DNA from: Bilabrum cf. latius
Taxonomy: Eukaryota
Direction of reading: 5' to 3'
NCBI GenBank assembly: GCA_965178125.1
Contig: OZ237746.1
Span: 930,001-994,000, forward strand
DNA length: 64,000 bases
The position numbers and the translations under genes were made by a program. Below the pieces are notes generated by a model. It did not search any database, was not told the DNA's origin, and worked only from the letters and a program-made list of their open reading frames with translations. Positions 1 through 9,558 of the stretch are shown here, piece after piece; position 1 is the stretch's first letter; every line of letters begins with the position of its first letter.

Positions 1-1
1 T

Positions 2-535
2 AGTGATATTCGTGTTCTCCTCCAAACTCCACCAAATATTAAGGGGTTTCTTCCTACGTCGGTAAACATCGTTCCATATACAGAATTAGGATAGTACAAT
101 AGTATTGATGGATTATTTAGTCGTTGTAATTGTTGTATCATTCTATACCAAGAAGAAATAAACTCTGGTCATTGGGTTTGCTTATTTAAGCGTAATAAAA
201 CAATATACTTCTTTGACAGTTACGGAATTCGTCCTGATAGGCAATAGAGTACGATGAGTGACGCCGTCCGGAAACGTTTTTATGAAGACCCTGAACTAAT
301 ACATTTAATGTATCATTCTCCGTATAAGATTGACTATAACCCATATTAGTTTTAGGCGGATGGAATGGATATAGCAACCTGCGGGAGACATTGTATAGTT
401 CGTCTTTGGAATAGGGGAAAAAACGCTGATTAGTATAAAAAGTGGGTGGATAAGGTTTGTAAGAAACATACATTAAATCCTGATGAATTAGTGTATTTAT
501 TGACGTATCATCTTAATGATATTAAGTCCCCATAA
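2..535 (+). CDS. Virophage/Polinton-type maturation cysteine protease (adenain/Ulp1-like, clan CE), 5'-truncated by the window; open only if TAG is read as sense (Gln)
   Basis: Manual translation of frame 2: SDIRVLL...IVPYTELG*YNSIDGLF...CIILYQEEINSGHWVCLFKRNKTIYFFDSYGIRPD...IDYNPY*F*ADGMDIATCGRHCIVRL...NPDELVYLLT...KSP-TAA. Catalytic H (GHW), D (FDSYG) and C (TCGRHC) are present. In-frame TAG at 92, 245, 347, 353 and 431; no frameshift. Confidence 0.88.
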
Positions 536-683
536 AATGCTGATGCTTCTTGCTGTTAATATGGTGTGATTTATTGTATACTTTATATTTCCCACCACAA
601 GGGCAAAGAATTGTTTGCTTTAAAGTATCTTTATTTTTCTTGTAATATTCTTGATTATATTCCTGTGTATTTCTCACGGGCAT
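522..683 (-). CDS. Small basic protein with a C2H2-like Zn finger (CPCGG...H..SKKH), typical of small ORFs in giant viruses, virophages and Polintons
   Basis: MPVRNTQEYNQEYYKKNKDTLKQTILCPCGGKYKVYNKSHHINSKKHQHFMGT-TAA. ATG at 683 (the ORF track extends to 707). It fills the gap between protease and integrase, and its stop overlaps the protease 3' end. Confidence 0.7.
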   Translation of the reverse strand: MPVRNTQEYNQEYYKKNKDTLKQTILCPCGGKYKVYNKSHHINSKKHQHFMGT

Positions 684-715
684 ATCTCTGTTATATACTA
701 AGAACAAAGTACTTA

Positions 716-1639
716 ATGGAAAAGTATTTTGACGAAGTTCATACTCCTAGAAACCCTGAGCGGTCATATAGAAAAGTTTAGGCCTATGGAAATGCGGATA
801 TTTACTCTGCAGATTTAATTGACCTCTCAAGATTTGCTGAGTATAATGATAATTATAAATGGATACTCTCATTAATTGATATTATTTCAAGAAAAGGGAT
901 TGCTATACCACTCAAGAATAAACTAGCGACTACTGTGTTAAAAGGCTACAAATAGATTGTGGAAGGCTTGGGAAAACAACCTAATAAACTGTGGACTGAC
1001 TAGGGAAAAGAGTTCTATAATAAAACGTTTAAGAAATATCTTTCCAAACACAATACTCACCTGTACTCAACTTTTTCCGGAAAAAAGGCGGTTGTTGTGG
1101 AACGCTTCAATAGAACTATTTTAACCAAATTATTTAAGTCGATGGCTAAGAATAAGACACGACGATGGATTGATTTATTAACTGATGTTATTGTTTCCTA
1201 TAATAATACTGAACATAGCACCATTAAGATGACACCTAACGAATTGTGGGAAAAGGAAAAAGATTTCCAACCAAGTATTAAACGTCACTAGAAAAGCCCT
1301 ATTAAATTCAAGAAGGGCGATATCGTACGAGTAATGTACCCTAAGAAAACATTTGATAAAGGGTATTTACCTAATTGGAGTTGGGACGTCTTCAAAATTA
1401 ATAAGGTATTCTTGACAAATCCAACAACCTATACTTTGACGAATGGGGAAAAGAAGAAATTAGAGGGGAAATACTATGATTGGCAATTAAAGAAAACCGT
1501 GTAGCCTTTTGGGGTCTATAACATCGAAAGAGTTGTAGATACTGAAATGAAAGATGGAATTGAGTATAGTTTTGTGAAATGGGTGGGGTATGATGCTTCG
1601 CATAACAGTTGGATACCGACCAATCAACTAATAGATTGA
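716..1639 (+). CDS. Retroviral-like (rve, DDE) integrase with C-terminal chromodomain, Polinton/Mavirus type, 307 aa if TAG=Gln
   Basis: Manual translation from ATG 716 to TGA 1637-1639: ...YSADLIDL...ILSLIDIISRKG..IPLKNK...PNKLWTD*GKEFYNK...KAVVVERFNRTI...YNNTEHSTIKMTP...FKKGDIVRV...FDKGYLPNWS...YNIERVVD...SFVKWVGYDASHNSWIP. The D-D-E triad is intact. In-frame TAG at 779, 953, 1001, 1289 and 1502; no frameshifts and no internal TAA or TGA. Confidence 0.92.
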
Positions 1640-1707
1640 TTTTTATGGTGTCATCATGGGAATTACAACATTAAATTTTAATTGGAAAATTTTATTTATT
1701 CTTTCTA
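1640..1707. repeat. First, interrupted copy of the AT-rich ~166-bp subterminal repeat
   Basis: TTTTTATGGTGTCATCATGGGAATTACAACATTAAATTTTAATTGGAAAATTTTATTTATTCTTTC matches ~8450-8514 and ~8616-8680. In those copies it continues ...AGTCTC, which here resumes at 8185. Confidence 0.85.
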
Positions 1708-1904
1708 ATAATGCTAACGCCGAATGGGGTTCGGGGTTGATGTGGCGATGCGTTCGAGACTCGAACACAGGCTCCGGTCTACCAACGCGAGGTTGCAACC
1801 GCCAGTGCGACCAGCAGCTTGCGAGGCATTCCCTCGTCTCCTTCCTTAGGGAAGGGGGCGGGGCAGCGCGGCAGTGGCCGTTCCGGCTCATGCCGTTGTT
1901 TTGT
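1708..1904 (+). repeat. Split direct repeat A1
   Basis: ATAATGCTAACGCC...CCGTTGTTTTGT, identical by eye to 7823-8019. Confidence 0.95.
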
Positions 1905-2433
1905 TTAGTATTTATGTTCGGTTTGGTGCTCACACGGGTAGTGCTTAACGCCGTGTCAACTATCGCGCGTGTCCATGTGGGTCCGTTCGGCCTACATCGT
2001 GCATCCATCCTCGGCCTACTTGGCGCTCCAGTGGATCCGAACCAATATTTACTTCGATGTGATCCATCTTTCTCGGCACATCGATGGGACTTCGGTCCGT
2101 TGGGCTCGGCTGCTGCTTGCGCCACGGTCTCCCGGGTGTGTGCTCGCCGATGGCATTTTCGCGCGATCTCTGCGTCCCTCCCTTTCGTACTTGTTCCTAC
2201 GCACGGCCATGCATGTAGAAACATATTCAAATGGTTCGATCTTACGGTTTTCCGACGACCCAGCCTTTCCGTTGGCGAGGCGCGCTCCGCTTTTCCGGTC
2301 GCACCTCGAAAGCAACCACTTTCGGCCAGATCAGCCATCGTACCAGGATACAGCACGATTTGCACCTATCGAGTGACTGATCATTTGAATTGTGCAGGGT
2401 GGGCACGTAGTCAGCTTGGACTCCATCGTCCTC

Positions 2434-5400
2434 TGGCTGCCGACGACAGCAGGCTCGGTGAGCCTTCGTCATCGTCCAGACAACCCTGCAGCTCGCACCA
2501 GGCGTGCGTGCAGGAGGTCGAAGCGAGCAGCGCGGTGTGGCGCAGCTCGTAGACGGAGGCCGGCCTGGAGCCTGGTCGGTTGACGCAGCATCAGTGGTGG
2601 GCTGGTGCTGTGTCTTGCGCGGGTGCCGGAGCTTGGCCACGGTGGCCTGCTGCTCCCTGCGCCCCACGCGCAGTTCCTCCCGCTCCGGCGGATGAGTCAG
2701 CAGTGGCACGTTGCCACCGGCTGACGACGACAGCAGGCTCGGTGAGCCTTCGTCATCGTCCAGAAAACCCTGCAGCTCGCACCAGGCGTGCGTGCAGGAG
2801 GTCGAAGCGAGCAGCGCGGTGTGGCGCAGCTCGTAGACGGAGGCCGGCCTGGAGCCTGGTCGGTTGACGCAGCATCAGTGGTGGGCTGGTGCTGTGTCTT
2901 TGCGCGGGTGCCGGAGCTTGGCCACGATGGCCTGCTGCTCCCTGCGCCCCACGCGCAGTTCCTCCCGCTCCGGCGGATGAGTCAGCAGTGGCACGTTGCC
3001 ACCGGCTGACGACGACAGCAGGCTCGGTGAGCCTTCGTCATCGTCCAGAAAACCCTGCAGCTCGCACCAGGCGTGCGTGCAGGAGGTCGAAGCGAGCAGC
3101 GCGGTGTGGCGCAGCTCGTAGACGGAGGCCGGCCTGGAGCCTGGTCGGTTGCCGCAGCATCAGTGGTGGGCTGGTGCTGTGTCTTGCGCGGGTGCCGGAG
3201 CCTGGCCACGATGGCCTGCTGCTCCCTGCGCCCACGCGCAGTTCCTCCCGCTCCGGCGGATGAGTCAGCAGTGGCACGTTGCCACCGGCTGACGACGACA
3301 GCAGGCTCGGTGAGCCTTCGTCATCGTCCAGAAAACCCTGCAGCTCGCACCAGGCGTGCGTGCAGGAGGTCGAAGCGAGCAGCGCGGTGTGGCGCAGCTC
3401 GTAGACGGAGGCCGGCCTGGAGCCTGGTCGGTTGACGCAGCATCAGTGGTGGGCTGGTGCTGTGTCTTGCGCGGGTGCCGGAGCTTGGCCACGATGGCCT
3501 GCTGCTCCCTGTGCCCCACGCGCAGTTCCTCCCGCTCCGGCGGATGAGTCAGCAGTGGCGCGTTGCCACCGGCTGACGACGACAGCAGGCTCGGTGAGCC
3601 TTCGTCATCGTCCAGAAAACCCTGCAGCTCGCACCAGGCGTGCGTGCAGGAGGTCGAAGCGAGCAGCGCGGTGTGGCGCAGCTCGTAGACGGAGGCCGGC
3701 CTGGAGCCTGGTCGGTTGCCGCAGCATCAGTGGTGGGCTGGTGCTGTGTCTTGCGCGGGTGCCGGAGCTGGGCCACGATGGCCTGCTGCTCCCTGCGCCC
3801 CACGCGCAGTTCCTCCCGCTCCGGCGGATGAGTCAGCAGTGGCACGTTGCCACCGGCTGACGACGACAGCAGGCTCGATGAGCCTTCGTCATCGTCCAGA
3901 AAACCCTGCAGCTCGCACCAGGCGTGCGTGCAGGAGGTCGAAGCGAGCAGCGCGGTGTGGCGCAGCTCGTAGACGGAGGCCGGCCTGGAGCCTGGTCGGT
4001 TGACGCAGCATCAGTGGTGGGCTGGTGCTGTGCCTTGCGCGGGTGCCGGAGCCTCGCCACGATGGCCTGCTGCTCCCTGCGCCCCACGCGCAGTTCCTCC
4101 CGCTCCGGCGGATGAGTCAGCAGTGGCACGTTGCCACCGGCTGACGACGACAGCAGGCTCGATGAGCCTTCGTCATCGTCCAGAAAACCCTGCAGCTCGC
4201 ACCAGGCGTGCGTGCAGGAGGTCGAAGCGAGCAGCGCGGTGTGGCGCAGCTCGTAGACGGAGGCCGGCCTGGAGCCTGGTCGGTTGACGCAGCATCAGTG
4301 GTGGGCTGGTGTTGTGTCTTGCGTGGGTGCCGGAGCCTGGCCACGGTGGCCTGCTGCTCCCTGCGCCCCACGCGCAGTTCCTCCCGCTCCGGCGGATGAG
4401 TCAGCAGTGGCACGTTGCCACCGGCTGACGACGACAGCAGGCTCGGTGAGCCTTCGTCATCGTCCAGAAAACCCTGCAGCTCGCACCAGGCGTGCGTGCA
4501 GGAGGTCGAAGCGAGCAGCGCGGTGTGGCGCAGCTCGTAGACGGAGGCCGGCCTGGAGCCTGGTCGGTTGACGCAGCATCAGTGGTGGGCTGGTGCTGTG
4601 TCTTTGCGCGGGTGCCGGAGCTTGGCCACGATGGCCTGCTGCTCCCTGCGCCCCACGCGCAGTTCCTCCCGCTCCGGCGGATGAGTCAGCAGTGGCACGT
4701 TGCCACCGGCTGACGACGACAGCAGGCTCGGTGAGCCTTCGTCATCGTCCAGAAAACCCTGCAGCTCGCACCAGGCGTGCGTGCAGGAGGTCGAAGCGAG
4801 CAGCGCGGTGTGGCGCAGCTCGTAGACGGAGGCCGGCCTGGAGCCTGGTCGGTTGACGCAGCATCAGTGGTGGGCTGGTGCTGTGTCTTGCGCGGGTGCC
4901 GGAGCCTGGCCACGATGGCCTGCTGCTCCCTGCGCCCCACGCGCAGTTCCTCCCGCTCCGGCGGATGAGTCAGCAGTGGCACGTTGCCACCGGCTGACGA
5001 CGACAGCAGGCTCGGTGAGCCTTCGTCATCGTCCAGAAAACCCTGCAGCTCGCACCAGGCGTGCGTGCAGGAGGTTGAAGCGAGCAGCGCGGTGTGGCGC
5101 AGCTCGTAGACGGAGGCCGGCCTGGAGCCTGGTCGGTTGCCGCAGCATCAGTGGTGGGCTGGTGCTGCGTCTTTGCGCGGGTGCCGGAGCTTGGCCACGA
5201 TGGCCTGCTGCTCCCTGCGCCCCACGCGCAGTTCCTCCCGCTCCGGCGGATGAGTCAGCAGTGGCACGTTGCCACCGACTGACGACGACAGCAGGCTCGG
5301 TGAGCCTTCGTCATCGTCCAGAAAACCCTGCAGCTCGCACCAGGCGTGCGTGCAGGAGGTCGAAGCGAGCAGCGCGGTGTGGCGCAGCTCGTAGACGGAG

Positions 5401-7261
5401 GCCGGCCTGGAGCCTGGTCGGTTGACGCAGCATCAGTGGTGGGCTGGTGCTGTGTCTTGCGCGGGTGCCGGAGCCTGGCCACGGTGGCCTGCTGCTCCCT
5501 GCGCCCCACGCGCAGTTCTCCCGCTCCGGCGGATGAGTCAGCAGTGGCACGTTGCCACCGGCTGACGACGACAGCAGGCTCGGTGAGCCTTCGTCATCGT
5601 CCAGAAAACCCTGCAGCTCGCACCAGGCGTGCGTGCAGGAGGTCGAAGCGAGCAGCGCGGTGTGGCGCAGCTCGTAGACGGAGGCCGGCCTGGAGCCTGG
5701 TCGGTTGACGCAGCATCAGTGGTGGGCTGGTGCTGTGTCTTTGCGCGGGTGCCGGAGCTTGGCCACGATGGCCTGCTGCTGCCTGCGCCCCACGCGCAGT
5801 TCTCCCGCTCCGGCGAATGAGTCAGCAGTGGCACGTTGCCACCGACTGACGACGACAGCAGGCTCGGTGAGCCTTCGTCATCGTCCAGAAAACCCTGCAG
5901 CTCGCACCAGGCGTGCGTGCAGGAGGTCGAAGCGAGCAGCGCGGTGTGGCGCAGCTCGTAGACGGAGGCCGGCCTGGAGCCTGGTCGGTTGCCGCAGCAT
6001 CAGTGGTGGGCTGGTGCTGTGTCTTGCGCGGGTGCCGGAGCCTGGCCACGATGGCCTGCTGCTCCCTGCGCCCCACGCGCAGTTCTCCCGCTCCGGCGGA
6101 TGAGTCAGCAGGGGCACGTTGCCACCGACTGACGACGACAGCAGGCTCGGTGAGCCTTCGTCATCGTCCAGAAAACCCTGCAGCTCGCACCAGGCGTGCG
6201 TGCAGGAGGTCGAAGCGAGCAGCGCGGTGTGGCGCAGCTCGTAGACGGAGGCCGGCCTGGAGCCTGGTCGGTTGACGCAGCATCAGTGGTGGGCTGGTGC
6301 TGTGTCTTTGCGCGGGTGCCGGAGCTTGGCCACGATGGCCTGCTGCTCCCTGCGCCCCACGCGCAGTTCCTCCCGCTCCGGCGGATGAGTCAGCAGTGGC
6401 ACGTTGCCACCGGCTGACGACGACAGCAGGCTCGGTGAGCCTTCGTCATCGTCCAGAAAACCCTGCAGCTCGCACCAGGCGTGCGTGCAGGAGGTTGAAG
6501 CGAGCAGCGCGGTGTGGCGCAGCTCGTAGACGGAGGCCGGCCTGGAGCCTGGTCGGTTGACGCAGCATCAGTGGTGGGCTGGTGCTGTGTCTTTGCGCGG
6601 GTGCCGGAGCTTGGCCACGATGGCCTGCTGCTCCCTGCGCCCCACGCGCAGTTCCTCCCGCTCCGGCGGATGAGTCAGCAGTGGCACGTTGCCACCGGCT
6701 GACGACGACAGCAGGCTCGGTGAGCCTTCGTCATCGTCCAGAAAACCCTGCAGCTCGCACCAGGCGTGCGTGCAGGAGGTCGAAGCGAGCAGCGCGGTGT
6801 GGCGCAGCTCGTAGACGGAGGCCGGCCTGGAGCCTGGTCGGTTGCCGCAGCATCAGTGGTGGGCTGGTGCTGTGTCTTGCGCGGGTGCCGGAGCTTGGCC
6901 ACGGTGGCCTGCTGCTCCCTGCGCCCCACGCGCAGTTCCTCCCGCTCCGGCGGATGAGTCAGCAGTGGCACGTTGCCACCGGCTGACGACGACAGCAGGC
7001 TCGGTGAGCCTTCGTCATCGTCCAGAAAACCCTGCAGCTCGCACCAGGCGTGCATGCAGGAGGTCGAAGCGAGCAGCGCGGTGTGGCGCAGCTCGTAGAC
7101 GGAGGCCGGCCTGGAGCCTGGTCGGTTGACGCAGCATCAGTGGTGGGCTGGTGCTGTGTCTTTGCGCGGGTGCCGGAGCCTGGCCACGATGGCCTGCTGC
7201 TCCCTGCGCCCACGCGCAGTTCTCCCGCTCCGGCGGATGAGTCAGCAGTGGCACGTTGCCA
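2434..7261 (+). repeat. GC-rich tandem array, 17 copies of a 283-285 bp unit
   Basis: The same motif recurs at 2504, 2788, 3073, 3356, 3640, 3924, 4208, 4492, 4777, 5061, 5346, 5629, 5913, 6196, 6481, 6766 and 7050. Copies differ by a few substitutions and 1-nt indels. Confidence 0.97.
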
Positions 7262-7677
7262 TTGACTGACGCCCCCTCGTCAGGCTTGCTCCCTACATCC
7301 AGTAGTTTGGAGCACCCTGATTTCCCGCTTTGCGGATGAGTCACTGCGGGTATATTCTCCGGCAGCTGACGATCTCTTGGGCCACATGGTTCCTCGCCCA
7401 GGAACAGGCATGTAGACACAGTGGTAGCCACTCCACTGGCCTACTTGCAGGTTCCCAATCGACTGGTTCTTCCACGGATGTCGCCGTACGTACCTCCTTT
7501 GGCACAACCCGACTGCATAGTCGATGAGTTGTGTCAACGGACTCAACGCCGGCGCGGTTTCGTCCCTGACCTACGGTCGTCGACTCGACTACCGCTATCA
7601 TCGACTGTTTCCACACGTCCTACAGATGGTCCCGACAACCAGTCAACTTCAATGATCAAGGCATGGCGATGTAAGAC

Positions 7678-8184
7678 TTGGCTGATAGTGGAGCGGACGC
7701 GCAACCGACGGTTCTGGTGCTTTCCAACCGACGTCGGCGCGCGGTCTGCTCAGATTGGCCATGCTTTGCCCATGTCTTGATTGAACTGGAGACGAAGTGT
7801 GTCGAGTAAGCATCGTTGCATCATAATGCTAACGCCGAATGGGGTTCGGGGTTGATGTGGCGATGCGTTCGAGACTCGAACACAGGCTCCGGTCTACCAA
7901 CGCGAGGTTGCAACCGCCAGTGCGACCAGCAGCTTGCGAGGCATTCCCTCGTCTCCTTCCTTAGGGAAGGGGGCGGGGCAGCGCGGCAGTGGCCGTTCCG
8001 GCTCATGCCGTTGTTTTGTCCCACCCTCCTCTCCCTGGTTTGGCTGATAGTGGAGCGGACGCGCAACCGACGGTTCTGGTGCTTTCCAACCGACGTCGGC
8101 GCGCGGTCTGCTCAGATTGGCCATGCTTTGCCCATGTCTTGATTGAACTGGAGACGAAGTGTGTCGAGTAAGCATCGTTGCATC
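7678..8184 (+). repeat. Split direct repeats B1 (7678-7822), A2 (7823-8019) and B2 (8040-8184)
   Basis: TTGGCTGATAGTGG...CATCGTTGCATC occurs twice, 362 bp apart, flanking the second copy of A. Confidence 0.95.
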
Positions 8185-8720
8185 AGTCTCTTATAATTGA
8201 CCTGTCAAATCTCTCAATTTTTGGGGGACTTTTCCAAAGGAACTTAAAATACAATTACTAATTGATTTTTCATTTCCTTTTTTAATTTTTATGGTATCAT
8301 CATTGGAATTACAACATTTAATTTTAATTGGGAACTTAATTTTAATATTTCTTTGTATCCTATATTGTCCAAAATTTTCAATCAATTTTTGTGTTTTTAA
8401 TTGGGGAGTTAGAAAACAATTATAATTTGTTTTTTTATTTTCCTTTTAATTTTTATGGTGTTATCATAGGAGTTACAACATATATTTTAATTGGAAAATT
8501 TTATTTATTCTTTCATAGTCTCTTATAATTGACCTGTCAAATCTCTCAATTTTTGGGGGACTTTTCCAAAGGGACTTAAAATACAATTACTAATTAATTT
8601 TTATTTTCCTTTTAATTTTTATGGTATCATCATAGGAATTACAACATATATTTTTAATAGGAAAATTTATTTATTCTTTCATAGTCTCCTTTATTCGACC
8701 GACCAAATCTCTCAATTTTA
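8185..8720. repeat. AT-rich degenerate tandem repeat (~166 bp, about 3 copies), probably part of the viral element's terminal repeat region
   Basis: AGTCTCTTATAATTGACCTGTCAAATCTCTCAATTTT at 8185 and 8517, a variant at 8682, and a more degenerate intervening copy. Confidence 0.85.
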
Positions 8721-9302
8721 ATCTTTGAAAAAGATATCAAAAGAGCGGAGGGCAAAGCCCGAGCATCTTGGGGACTTTTCCAATCCACCGAGAAAACGAA
8801 TACACACCCTTGTTAATCCTTAAAAATTGATTGGAAAATATCAGGAAGGCCTTGTAAGCCCTACTAAGGATTTCCAGCGGATTTGCCCTTATCTGGGAAA
8901 AGTAGGGGAAATCGTTGGAAAAGTTTGGAAAACCCCCTGTTTATCCAACTAAGGGTTTTGCGATACAACGCCGATGACCATGGATTTTGAGGAATTTTTG
9001 GAGTGGATTTGAGCCGTTCAGCCCTACCCCTTTTTCGGGTTCGTGGGAAATCGTCCAGTAAAACCCTTTAAAAGCGTGAACCTGCTACCTCAAAACTCAT
9101 ATGCTGGGAGAAAGTGTGAAAAAGTTAGATATATTCATGAAAATGACATTCTATGAAAAATTGAACGGAGAAGTCCAGTATTTGTAGGGGGCATCGGGAA
9201 TTCTTGGGAATTCTTAAAAATTGATTTGAAAATTTTAGATATATTCACGGAAAACCAAAACCTAAAGAAATATTGAAGAAATGTCCAGTATTAGCTGGGG
9301 GA

Positions 9303-9362
9303 AAAGTGATATTGTGTAGCTCAATCTTTGATTGAGGTACACAATTCACTTTATATACTACT
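9303..9362. other. Subterminal hairpin and putative right terminus (...ATACTACT) of the Polinton/virophage-like element
   Basis: AAAGTGA-T-ATTGTGTA-G-CTCAATC-ttt-GATTGAG-G-TACACAAT-TCACTTT inverted repeat at 9303-9352, then ATATACTACT, then GC-rich sequence. Confidence 0.7.
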
Positions 9363-9558
9363 GGGGTATTCTGCGACGCAAGGGCTGTAGAGGCTCCCTG
9401 CCAGGTGCAGGCAGGGCAACAACTGAGCGATCCTCACCCGCTTCTGCGTTGTACACGTTTCAGGCCTTTGGTCGGGGTACACAGCCACCGTGCGGTGGCC
9501 GTCACATTGTTTGCTGAAGCTGCTGCCTTGGCCTGCAGCCGCAATAGCCACACGCTAG

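Larger units (their letters stand above)
1708..8184 (+). mobile_element. Non-autonomous tyrosine-recombinase retrotransposon-like element (Ngaro/PAT-type split direct repeats)
   Basis: A1 1708-1904 = A2 7823-8019 (197 bp); B1 7678-7822 = B2 8040-8184 (145 bp); order A1-[internal]-B1-A2-(20 bp)-B2. GC-rich within AT-rich DNA. Removing it restores the flanking AT repeat, and there is no TSD. No RT, RNase H or YR ORF recognised. Confidence 0.8.
1..9362. mobile_element. Right-hand part of an endogenous Polinton/Maverick-like or virophage-like (Mavirus-type) dsDNA element, interrupted by a nested insertion at 1708-8184; left part lies outside the window
   Basis: AT-rich block encoding an adenain-like cysteine protease and an rve integrase with chromodomain, a gene pair characteristic of Polintons and Mavirus-like virophages. 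AT-rich repeats follow, ending ...TATACTACT at 9362 (Polinton-like terminus) with an abrupt switch to GC-rich DNA. Confidence 0.85.

Noticed and set aside
533-716. Ciliate-type code (TAA and TAG both Gln) giving a protease-integrase fusion in one frame
   Set aside because: No TAA occurs inside either conserved domain despite the AT richness. The two TAAs lie just after the protease end, and the linker is the antisense of a credible Zn-finger ORF that itself ends in TAA.
2-1639. Protease and integrase as ordinary pseudogenes
   Set aside because: All 10 interruptions are TAG, with no frameshifts and intact catalytic residues. CAG and CTG trinucleotides persist nearby, arguing against blanket CAG>TAG decay, though this is not fully excluded.
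1656-2552. 298-aa and overlapping ORFs as Gag or other element proteins
   Set aside because: The longest ORF crosses the insertion junction and runs into the tandem array; no recognisable motifs.
2434-7261. CRISPR array or repeat-protein CDS
   Set aside because: No unique spacers, unit far too long, eukaryotic context, and 283-285 bp units shift frame. The ORFs listed here are GC-rich artefacts.
1708-8184. LTR retrotransposon or simple segmental duplication
   Set aside because: Repeats are split (A...B-A-B) rather than two full LTRs; no TG...CA ends or TSD.
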